Positions 1 to 11,600 of a stretch of DNA of 64,000 nt are shown piece by piece. The stretch's first letter is position 1; every line of letters begins with the position of its first letter. The stretch comes from Podarcis filfolensis (lineage: Eukaryota). The stretch lies in the NCBI GenBank assembly GCA_964270895.1, contig OZ185437.1; one strand, written 5' to 3'. The position numbers and the translations under genes are program-made. Under the pieces are notes generated by a model, which was not told the DNA's origin, ran no database searches, and saw nothing but the letters and a program-made list of their open reading frames with translations.

Positions 1-308
1 TGTAGACCCTTGGGTGGTGATGAACATGAAGGAAGGGTGGGCCTTGAGAGATGCCACCTGCTCCCATTGTTCAAATATTATTTCAGTCCAGTTGTTTCTG
101 AGGCATTGCTAGATACTGCAGTGGGCAATCCCTCTTCCTGCTGCTGGACTGTGATATCATAGAAACCTTCTCAAGGCTGCTCTCTTCCATTGTGCTGCAG
201 TGGTTTACAAAAAGAAAATCTGGTTGCAAACCTTCTCTTGCAGGCAAATCAAATCTCCTGTCTCTTGTGCCTGGCATCTGGAATTCTGCATGTGACCTGA
301 ATTCACAG

Positions 309-443
309 CAGGACTGGGGAATCTGTGGCTGTCTAGATGTTGGACTAAAACTCCCATCAGCCCTGACCATTGTCCAGGCTGGCTGGGCTTGATGGGAGTT
401 GGTGTCTAATAGCATTTGGAGGAATGCACGTCCCCCAGCCCTG
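309..443. mobile_element. Non-autonomous hAT-like MITE (palindromic, about 135 bp)
   Basis: Ends CAGGACTGGGGAA...TCCCCCAGCCCTG with internal inverted arms (aactcccatcagccc / gggcttgatgggagtt). Partial copies of the same family at about 11137-11210, 29794-29862 and 56046-56146. Confidence 0.65.
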
Positions 444-971
444 ATACCAAGATGCCATTTAGCTATCATGGCTAATAGATATTGATAGACCTGTTCTTCT
501 CCCACCAGAGGAAACAACCTACTCATAAAAAGCTGCTATACTGGGGGGAACTAGGCTGGTACCCTTTTCACTGGCATATCGCTTCCTGTGTGCATAGAGT
601 GTGTTTTAAAAGTGGGAGGACCATTCAACCCTCCACCAAAATGTGCTCTAAGTTAGAACAGTCTGTGGCTATGTAGTCTATAGTCCAGTTTTGTTCTTTG
701 GTGAACTGTACGTCTAAAGATCCTTTGAAGTCTGTAGTGTGTGGTAATGTGAATGTGGAATTTGACTCTGAGTCCAATTGAATTCTTTTGGCAATGTGGA
801 TAAGAAATCATCCCTTAATTTTGATGCATGTGTAAAACAGGAGCTTCTGTGTAATTTAACATTCTCTATCTGTCTGCCATTCCTGACATTTTCAGCTAAT
901 AAAGGTCATCTTAAAAAATTTAGGCTACAACAGGTATTCGCATATTGAGCTCATGTCTCTCTATTGTATAG

Positions 972-2561
972 GTCCCAATGTCATTGAACCCTTTCAAGTG
1001 AAATCTCAGTTGAACAATGGCTCCAAGGTAAGTCTTATACTGTTTATAGATTGTGCATGCTTGTTCTGACACACAAATATTTCAGGGTGGGATTCACCTA
1101 ACAAGCCCTGTCAGGACTTATGCTTGTGCAATGGGGCTTTCCTCTCATACTCCCACCTGAGCCCCATGAAATGGGCTCCGAGAGGGAGGTTGGGAGAACC
1201 CCCAGAACTGTGTGCAGTTGGAGGAGAGGGAGAGTCGTTTCACCTGGTTAGCTGGAACAATAGGAAGAACACAACATTGAATTTCACACGTAGCGTCAAG
1301 TATTTGGTGTATTCCACATAATCCTTCCTAGGTCTGTGGGAGTTTGCCTTAGGACTTATTCCATCAGCTCTTGAGCTGGTCATGTTACATGGGGCATTTT
1401 CAGGACCCTGTGGAGCGAAGCAGAACCTAGACTGCAGACCTTGTGTAGGGCGTGGGGTTCAAAGGTCATCTGCAGGTAGCCATACTGTACAGTCTAATCT
1501 CAATGATATCAACAGAGGGTATGGATGCTCCTCCGAGCTCCTGCCACAGTCGTGACATACAGAAAAGAGAGGCATTCATTTGCCTAAGAACTGATTGATA
1601 GCACTTTTTCATCGTGTCCTAGTTTTTTTTGCTGTGCCTTATAAGAATCCCTTCACTTTGCTTTGCTCTTCTAGAAAACACGATGAACAAGAAGACAGTA
1701 TCTGCACGTTTCCTGCAACAAGCATTTTAGCTGTGCTGCATGTTGATGAGGAAGGGCCATGACTCAGTGGCAGAACACATTCTATGCATGCAGAAGGTCC
1801 CAGATTCAATCCCAAAAATATTCAGTTAAAGTTCTGATGTAGCAGTGCTTGCAAGATTTCTGCCAGTCTTCTGGAGAACCCCTGGTAGAATAGATTGGCC
1901 TGCATCCAGTCCTTTACTCTGCTCATGCACTGATTTAGAACACTCACTGCCTCGTCTGGATTTGAAGAAAAGGAGAGAGAAAGCTGGGTGTAATCCACAT
2001 ACTGATTGTACCACATCTCAGTCCACATCTCCCAATAACCCCTCTCGGAGTTTCTTATAGTTATGAAATAGCATGGAGGGTAAAATGGAGCCCAGTGGAA
2101 TCTCATAGTATAACAACCTCACAGACAAAACTTGCTCACAAAACTTGGAGAAGCTAATATTGTAAAATGAATGACTGTGGTTTAACTCTTGCTTCCATTT
2201 TGTTTTAGATAAGGCCATTTAATTTAAGTTCACCGCCGTTATCTACTTATAATCAGCAGTTATGGCTGACATGTGTAGTGGAGTTGGACCAACGTTTTGG
2301 TAAGTGTTACTTAGCTTATATGATTATATTAATTATGTATATATCAACCATATATGGAAATGTGTGTATATTGCCTGCCTGCACAATGTAAGGTCACCAG
2401 GACAGATAAAAGGAAGCAGTGCTTCACACAGTGCGTAGTTAAACAACGCAATTTGTTACCACAATGTACTAGCTTCAGTGAGCAGTTGTTATTGAGGGTT
2501 GGAATGTACTCTTGATTCCGTTATAGAATCCATTCATTTTTTGTTGTTACTGCATCTGTTA

Positions 2562-2608
<47 letters not shown>

Positions 2609-5600
2609 TACTCTAGCCTATAAATTGTAGCATCTGAATGGACTTTTGTTTTTTCAGATAACAAATGGAATGGCTTGAAAAAAAACTTCAATATGCTGGT
2701 TACAATAAGTGGTGTAATAGAGAATGCAAGCGTCAGGTATTTTAACAAGGAACTTCACAACCGAACAAGGACACTGAACTGTGCACAGGTAATGGCAATG
2801 TACCATTTCTTACAGATGAGCTATTTCTGTGGTTTAAAGCATGATAGAGAGGTGCGGCAAGGTGAGGAAGTATCTTTGTTGGTGAAATCCATAAACAAAA
2901 TAGCAGCTAATGTATTTGACCCCACATTCAAAACGTTGCATTTCGAGAAGCAGTCACGGGCAATAATTCTGTTGGAGGTCCTGGAAAATTGTTGCCAGAC
3001 AGGATTGACTATATTATATTAGGTGGATGAATTTTTTGATTTAGTTTCTTGTTAACAACAAAGTGAGGAATTGCAGAGAGCATGTTTTAGAAGTATGAAC
3101 CTCCAGATCCTCTTTCTGGAATCCACAAATCAAATCAAGGTTACAGCTGTTAATCAACAGTTTCTGTATTTGCTCTGTTAGTTTTCCTTGAAATCCAGTG
3201 GTCACGAAGCAGCACTTCCATTGAATGCAACTAGAGGTCCCAGATGAGTCTTTATTCTTCCTTTGCCTTATGAGCTTAGGGCAACTGTGCTGTTACAAAC
3301 AGCAGAGAAGTCTAAGGGAATGTCATGCAAAAAGGCAGGGATACTCTAACTGAATTTCACCATTAAATCAATTCTGATATGCTAACTCATTTATTGCAGT
3401 GGTTGGCCCAACCCTAAATGTCTCAAAAGCCCAGAAAGAAAAAAAACCTGATTGTACTTGGTGTGCGTATGGTGTTCTCACTGTTGAATTTCTTTCCCTT
3501 TCCCTCCCAATTTCCCCTCTTCCAATGTGTGCTCCTAGCAATGTGCTGAATTTATTGTGGTCCATCTTGGTTATCTGAACTACACTCGCTATGAGATCAC
3601 TGTCGCCTTTGAAAACCTTCCTCCAATCAAGCATTACAATTTCACAGTAAGTGAAGTAAAGGCAAACATAGAATGAAAGTGTAGTTTTAACTGTAAATCT
3701 TTGCGTTGACTGTAATATTAAAGGGCACATTATTTCCCCTTGAAGTTTCAGTGGCTAGACCCACAAGATATACTGGTACCAGTGCTAAATCCAGAACATC
3801 ACACCGATAAATAAATGAGTAATAAAATACTGAATATAAACTATTATGACTGATGCCATCTACATTCCTTTAGCTTTTTTGTTAATATTCTAATTTCTTT
3901 CTTTCAGTGGAAAACCTATAACTCAGCCTTCTCTCAAGTGGAAATCTGGTTCCGATTTGTCTTTGTGGTCCTTACTTTCATCGTCACAGTGAGTGTCGAT
4001 TGTTCAGTTTTATTTTTGTATGAGATACGGAAGTTGCTCTGGAAGGGAGAGTTTATTGCTAGTGGGTTGGAAGGATAATGGCCAGAGACATAGGTGGGAT
4101 ACACAAGAGGGAGTGCTACAGGATAAGAAAAGTGAAGTGAATACAAGGAGAAATATAAGACACTGAGGTCTTCTGGTATGTGATGCCTCCCCAACATGGT
4201 TTGAGGTGGTTCCTGTTCGCTGGGTTTTGGGGGCACTGTTGTTCTCCTGGGGCTGCATCAGCCAACCTATTCTCTGAAGTGCAAGAAATCCTTGCAGAAC
4301 TTGCTGCCTAATGTAGCCCATGTGCCGCAGCTTACATTCTGCCGCCATTCTTCCTTTTTTATCTGAAGACAAACGGGTACTGCATAATCTTCGCTGATTA
4401 TTATTTTTTATGTTCCTTTGCAGTGTCTCTTTGCACACTCCCTGCGCAAGTTCTCTATGCGAGATTGGGGAATCGAGCAGAAGTGGATGTCGATCCTCCT
4501 CCCCCTGCTGTTGCTCTATAATGGTATTTATATGTATTACATCATGCTGTGATCGGCTCCTGGGGCCATGCTTTATAAGGCAGATTCCCCCCCGCCCTCT
4601 TCCCATAAGTGAGATTGGGGAGTAAAGGAAAAATAAATAAATACAAGCCCCTTTCTTTTGAAATAAGTTTGGGGAAGAGCAGGATCCATGCGATGCCCTT
4701 GTGCTCAAAGAAGGATGTTTCACCCCTCTGCAATTTTTGCCAATTCCCTCAGGTGGTCCCCCCCAAAAAACTTCCAGCAGTGAATTTTGGGGGCACTGGA
4801 TACTGCAGGGGGCTGGCAAAAATCACCCCCCTCTTCTGTTAGCAGAGGCACCTGCTGGTTAAAAAAGCCTTTTGTGTGAGTACAAGTGTACCAGTTGGAT
4901 TGCACCCAGAGCCAGCATGGGAGAATTTCAGTTCTCACTGATTCTAGCTTTTAAAAATAGCTATTTATCTGCCCTTTCCACAGTCAGGTGTCCAAAGCAG
5001 CCAGCAAAGGGGGGGGTCGGGAAATTATTACAAAAATACAATACAATACCATGGTTTAGAATGTATAAAACAAGTGGCTGAACAACAGGAGCAGATTAAA
5101 AAAACAGCAGCTGGCTTTCGCCATCTACCATCATAGAGTTTCAGGAAAGCAATATCGGTTTGGCAAATTAAAGGCCTGTTTGAAAAAGCCAAAACTCTTT
5201 CCCTGCTGGCTAGAGTCCATATGAGAGGGAGCTAGACAGGACTCCTTAGGAGAGGATTTGCATAGTCTGGGTACAGCCACTGAGAAGGCTCTGTTGAGTC
5301 GCAGCTCTGACACACAATTAGGCTGCAAGAGAGTGCCCAAGTGCAGAGTGGAACAACATTTTCCGTGGTTGTCTTGTGACACTTTTTCTTTTGTTGCAGA
5401 TCCATTTTTCCCCCTCTCATTCCTAATCAACAGTTGGTTTCCTGGAATGCTAGATGACCTCTTCCAGTCGCTGTTCTTATGTGCATTGCTGCTGTTTTGG
5501 CTCTGTGTCTACCATGGGATCAGAGTGCAGGTCAGGAGGAGACACATATTTCAATGCTATCTGCATTCTGCCTTTCACACTTATCTCTTGCTCTGTGCAT

Positions 5601-8600
5601 ATGTGTGTGCGCTTTACTGCTTTTTGCTGGATAAACACTCATTAAGTCACCCATTAAAACCTATTCCAAATAAACAGTTTTGAAAAAATCTTAAACCAAA
5701 GGAATAAATAACGTTAATAAATGGTCTCACTTGTCAAAGAACAAGTTAAACTTACTTTATTTGTAGCATTTTTAATCCTTCCCTTCCTCTGCTGAACTCA
5801 GAAAGCTGTAGTTCAGCCTCTCCCCTCCTTTCCCAGCCAAGTAGATTAGAGAGAGCCTACAAATACCCTATGAACTTTATGAATTATTTTTCCCCTCTTG
5901 CATGCATCCCCAGTTTGGATTCCACCCAGAAACTCTGTGTGAGTTTCTCAAAATTAAACTATTTGTTGCTGCTGTCCCTCCAAAAAAAGTACAACAATAT
6001 TTCACAATATTGTAAATTAACTGATGTCTGAAAACCAAGTTTAATATTCTTAATTTATCCTTTTCTTTGTTAGGGCGAAAGGAGGTGCATAACATTCTAT
6101 TTTCCTAAACTCCTTATTGTTGGTCTTTTGTGGCTGGCTTCTGTTACATTAGGAATATGGCAGACGTGAGTAACTTCTTTCTTTTCATCTTTCCTCTTTT
6201 CCCTTCTCTGATCACTAAATTCTCTGATCACTAAATAGCCTTGAACAAGAGAGCAGGATTTTTTTTTAATAGTTCCTATCTTTTGCTTTTCCTCTAGTAA
6301 AAGCAAAGACTAAGTCCACCATTTGGAGAATGTAAAGCACATGTTGAAACTGCAGTAAATATTGGGAGATAGCTTTGTATCCTGAGATCTGACTAAAGTC
6401 TTCCTTAGCTGCATAGATTATTCAGTCTGTTAGCATATGATCAGAATATGAAGTCTTCCTACTACATAGAGAGAGCCCACTTTCCTTGTAGTTGAGGTAC
6501 CCTCTGGAACAGATTGAGGGAGTCCAGGAACCTTCATGGTAAGGAGGAATCACTGAAAATTCTCTCCCTCCCCTATTCCGCCGAGGAATTATTTTCTTCC
6601 ATGGGTAAGCACTGCATTGGATACTCAAGAAGTGGCAAACGTTATTCAGCTCTGAGTAGTCATAGGATTTAAAAACATTTTCCTAGTGCTATGTGTATGT
6701 GTATTTGAATGTGTTTGTTCCAGCTTTCTCAGTTCTGCATAAATAGAAAATATAATTACAAACTCAAATTGGAATCAATTTTTTCTGGCTTTTTCTTGGA
6801 AACTGTAGTAGAGAGAGTCCAAATCTGTATCTTATTAAGCTGAGGGGGAAGAAATGGCCAATTTTTTAAACATGTTAGTTTCTATGGATTTATTTTTAGT
6901 TTTATGATGCATACAAATTCTTACATTAAATGGTCTTATTATTATTTTTTAGTGTCAATGAACTACATGACCCAACATACCAGTATGGGATTGACACAAA
7001 CAACTTTCAGGTAAATTAGTGTGAACAATCCTTTCTGATTATATGAGAAATGTTGTGTGGATTATCAGCTTTTGAAAAACACTGAGCTATTTTGATCCAT
7101 CTGTCCAGCTGATGTCCTATGCTGACACAACTGCAAAACGATAGTGTAATGGTTCTAGGGGTTGCTCGTGCGTAAATCGACGCCACTCCTGGCTAGGTTA
7201 CCTGGGTGAACCCTTTCTGTCCGGACAGCCACTCACCCGTGGCTGTCTCAGTCGCTGGCAGAATCCGTCAGTGGGCGTTTCTTGAACTTCTTCCAGCAAA
7301 GAAGCTCTTTGACGCCTAGTCGCCGCCTACTCTCCCTGCGCGGAAGCCTTCTGTGCAGGGAGGGTGTGGGCAGCGGAGGACCCGTGCTCTCCCCGCTGGT
7401 CTCCGGCGAGGAGTCATGGAGCCACCTCACCGATTCCCCCATCTGCCCCCCTTCTCCACTGGTGCTACGCTGAATTCCTTCCCCAGAAGATGGGCTGCTT
7501 CTCTCCCTCCCGGGACGCTCTCCGGAACCCCTCTGGAGCCCTCCCTCTCCCTCGGGCTCCGATGGCAGTTCCCTGACAGATAGGTAACAGGCTGTCACTT
7601 AAATATTGGTTGTAGGTTTTCTTACATTTAGTTTCTAGGGACTTCTGATATCCCTGGAAGAACCTTCAGAAAAAGAATGGTGAGAACCCACTTAAATTCA
7701 GAGTTAGAAGCTTGAAATTGTTACGTGTAAGATTCCCCTGATCACAACAAAAGCCTACCAGCTTTGCAAAAAACCATCTCACACAGACTCTTGTAATTAG
7801 GAGAATCTCACATGTAACAAAATCAAGTTTCTAAAGGGCTGTCACATGAAAGATGGAGCAAGCTTGTTCTCTCCCACTCCAGAGTATAGGACCTGAACCA
7901 ATGGATTCAAGTTACAAAAAAGGAGATTCTGACTAAACATCAGGAATAATTTTTTGACTGTAAGAGCTGCTTCGCGCTGGAACAGACTCCTTCTGAACAT
8001 GATGGACTCTCCTTCCTTAGAGGTCTTTAAGTAGAGGTGGATAGCGTCTTCCAGGGATGCTTTAGTTGATATTCCTGCATTGCAGGGGTTGGACTCCCTT
8101 CCAACTTCCCTTCTACAATTCTATTATTCTGATTTTGTTGAAAGACTTTGGTTGCCCACTTTTGTAAACTATAACTCCTTGTTATATCAGTTATATCTTT
8201 CATTTAGATTCCTAGAAGTCCAGTTGCTGTTTCTAAGATCATGTGAGGATGTCTTAATACAACACAATAAATATTGGGAGATAATTGTATTAAGAGAAAA
8301 TGAAACAGAACAGGAAAAATGAAGTGACTTATAAAGTCACTGTTCTCAGCTTCTTTTAAAAGCATGTGACCACCTGTGCACCAGGTGTGCAAATCAGGGA
8401 AAACACATAGAGAAACAGGATTGATAGCACAACATCCCTATGTTTAGCCTGACCAGCATTTTGGAAATTATGTAAAACTGTTCTTATCCAAGAAGCATAT
8501 AGTGACTGGTATTAAGTTTAGCCATGGTTATTCAAAAGTAAAGGCTTTCATCTAAAGGCACTTTTGCCTGAGTGAAAGGCTGGATATGCACCTTTGACAC

Positions 8601-11600
8601 TGGAGACATATATTTTAGGGCCCATCCCATTCTCATGGCTGTAATTTGTTTTATCTGTCTTTGATATTGTATTTTTACATTCTTGTAAGCTGTCTGTGGA
8701 CCTCATCATGAAGCATAGGAAAGAAATGTTGTCATAATCATCATCAAAATAATATTTTTAAAACTTTTGTATATATTTTTGTAACAGGGTATGAAAATCT
8801 TCTTCCTTGTGGTGGCAGCTGTGTACATTTTGTACCTTTTGTTCCTGATAATCAGGGCATGCTCAGAACTCCGTAACATGCCCTATGTCGGTAAGCTCTG
8901 TTCTGTGCCAGTCATGGTTGCTGCATGGCAATGTTCTTCCAGCGAGATATTTGTGTTCACTTTCAGATAACCATTTTTCTTCTCCTTTCCGCAGATCTCA
9001 GGCTAAAATTCTTGACCGCGTTGACGTTTGTAGTTCTCGTCATTAGGTAAGATATTAATTCTTTTCTGAAAGGTGCTAGATACAGAAATCATTCTGCTGA
9101 GGTGCAGATTAGCATCTTACACATTTCTGATAAAGCACATACAGTCAAACCTCGGATCCCAAACGCCTCCATTTTGGAACATTTCGGCTCCCGAACGACA
9201 AAAACCCAGAAGTAAATGCTCTGGTTTTCAAATGTACAGTGGTACCTCGGGTTAAGAACTTAATTCGTTCTGGAAGTCTGTTCTTAACCTGAAACTGTTC
9301 TTAACCTGAGGTAGCACTTTAGCTAATGGGGTCTACCGCTGCCACCGCAGTGCAGCCATGCAATTTCTGTTCTCATCCTGAAGCAAAGTTCTTAACCCGA
9401 GGTACTATTTCTGGGTTAGCGGAATCTAACCTGAAGCATCTGTAACCTGAGGTACCACTGTATTTCGGAAGCCAAATGTCCAACGCAGCTTCCGCTTGAG
9501 TGCAGGAAGCTCCTGCAACCAGCCAGAAGCCATGCCCCTGTTGTCGAACATTTCAGAAACCTAATGGGCTTCCAGAACGGATTACGTTCGACAACCGAGG
9601 TTTGACTATATTAGATGCCGATACATTATGCTTGGCATATATACATGTAATATTTTTTTTGGTTTTTACAAACCACTTAGACTGTTTTGGTATTGTGGTA
9701 TATAAATATATGAAATAATAACTTCCATTGGCACAATTACCACATCCTTCCCACAAATGCATCCCCTCCCATGCACTCATCTTTTGAGAATCTGGATGTT
9801 CCTGTGCATTGACAGTAGATTTAATTAGGAAGGCTAACATTTGCCCTAAGGGACGTGGGTGACGCTGTGGTCTAAACCACTGAGCCTAGGGTTTGTCGAT
9901 CGGAAGGTTGGTGGTTCGAATCTCTGTGACGGGGTGAGCTCCTGTTGTTCAGTCCCAGCTCCTGCCAATCTAGCAGTTTGAAAGCACGCCCAAAAGTGCA
10001 AGTAGTTAAATAGGTACTGTTCCGTTGGGAAGGTAAATGGCGTTTCCGTGTGCTGCTCTGGTTTCAGCAGAAGCTGCTTAGTCATGCTGGTCACATGACC
10101 CAGAAAAACTGTCTGCGGACAAACTTCGGCTCCCTCAGCCAATAAAGCGAGATGAGTGCTGCAGCCCCAGAGTTGTTCGTGACTGGACTTAACTGTCAGG
10201 GGTTTTTTACCTTTACCTTTACCTTTTAACATTTGCCCCAGCACTAATTTAATGTTTCATTTAACTCTGGTTAGAAAGTAATTACAATATGTTGAGTGGC
10301 TTTTTGGTTTCTTCTCCCTTAACTGCAGCATCGTTATACTTTATCTGCGTTTTGGAGCCCAGGTTCTGCAAGACAACTTTGTGGCTGAACTGTCGACCCA
10401 TTATCATAATTATATCCTTTTATTGTGACATCGTGGTACTGAGATGTTGCAGTCAAGTTGTCTATGTCAGGCTGTTTGAGGGATTAGCGTACTGTAGTTC
10501 CTTATATAATGAAGGCCATCAAAGCGTAGGCAAAGCAAGCACGGCTGCGCAGGGTGTTGCAAAGCAATGGCACATCCACAGAAAAGCCCCTCTCCTGCAT
10601 CCCAAGCATACATAGCTCAGATGTTGGTGGCATGTGAAGGAGAGCCTCTCTATGTGATCTTAGTAGACAGACTGGCTTTTAGCTTTTTGTATGTTGGGGC
10701 AGTTTTGAACATTACCACTGCTTTCGTCTGTGACACTACCTATAGATGAGGCAGCTGTAAAGCAGATTTGACTTTTAAATCTGGAGATAACTTTTTCCTA
10801 GATGTTTTGCTAGGGTTTTGACCATGTCCAGGTTAGCTGCCTACATATATGTGGAGAATGACATTTGTGTGCTGCGAGGTGTGCATCTTGAATTGTTTTG
10901 CTTGATATCCTTGACCGTTACCACCTGCAGAATTCTTATCGTTCTACGGCTTATTGAACTTCTATTTATACACATTAGCCTTCGTATATTCACCATCAAA
11001 AAATGCCCTGTATGGTAAGTTGGCCTCAGTTCGGCTTTTGATTTCCCCCTCTTTTTCCGCCATATTCTATTCTATTGCAAAAAGGTTGCATGTCATATTC
11101 AGGTATTATCTCTATTTGGATTTAAGCCCTAGAGCAGGCATAAGAAACTTGTGGCTTTCCACAAGTTGTCTTCAAGCTCCCATCACCTGTCACCACTCGC
11201 CATGCTGGCAGAGTCTTGCTTCCCTCCATGGTGCTCCATAAGAAGACGTATTCCCCTCCTCCCCAAAATGCTAGGCTTATGGTCTCTCTTGAAAGACTCA
11301 TCTTGACTATCGAAAGCTTTCTGAAAGTTCAAATAAGCTGAACTGAAAAGGTCCTATAATGGAGAGATACCTTGTTAAGTGAACTTTTCCTTTGCAAAAC
11401 CTTTCAGAGTCTCAGCTGAAAGATAATCCTGCCTTCTCTATGCTGAACGACTCAGATGATGATGTGATCTATGGGTAAGTAACGTAAGGCTTACAGTAGT
11501 AGTATTAATTTAATATTTTTTCTCATATTCTACAAAATATAAGCCGTGGAGGTTTCCTTTTAAAAAGGACTGCCCTGTCACTGGTGATAGCTGTATATTG

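Noticed and set aside
83-526. 147-aa minus-strand ORF
   Set aside because: It runs through a hAT-like MITE (309-443) in a TMEM181 intron, with no recognisable domain or supporting splice structure.
4010-4819. Longest ORF in the track (269 aa, minus strand)
   Set aside because: It is antisense to TMEM181 exon 4424-4523 and flanking intron, has low-information composition, and shows no known motif.
7248-7598. 116-aa ORF rich in S/G/E/R
   Set aside because: It lies inside the GC-rich solo-LTR-like element, where stop codons are scarce by composition.
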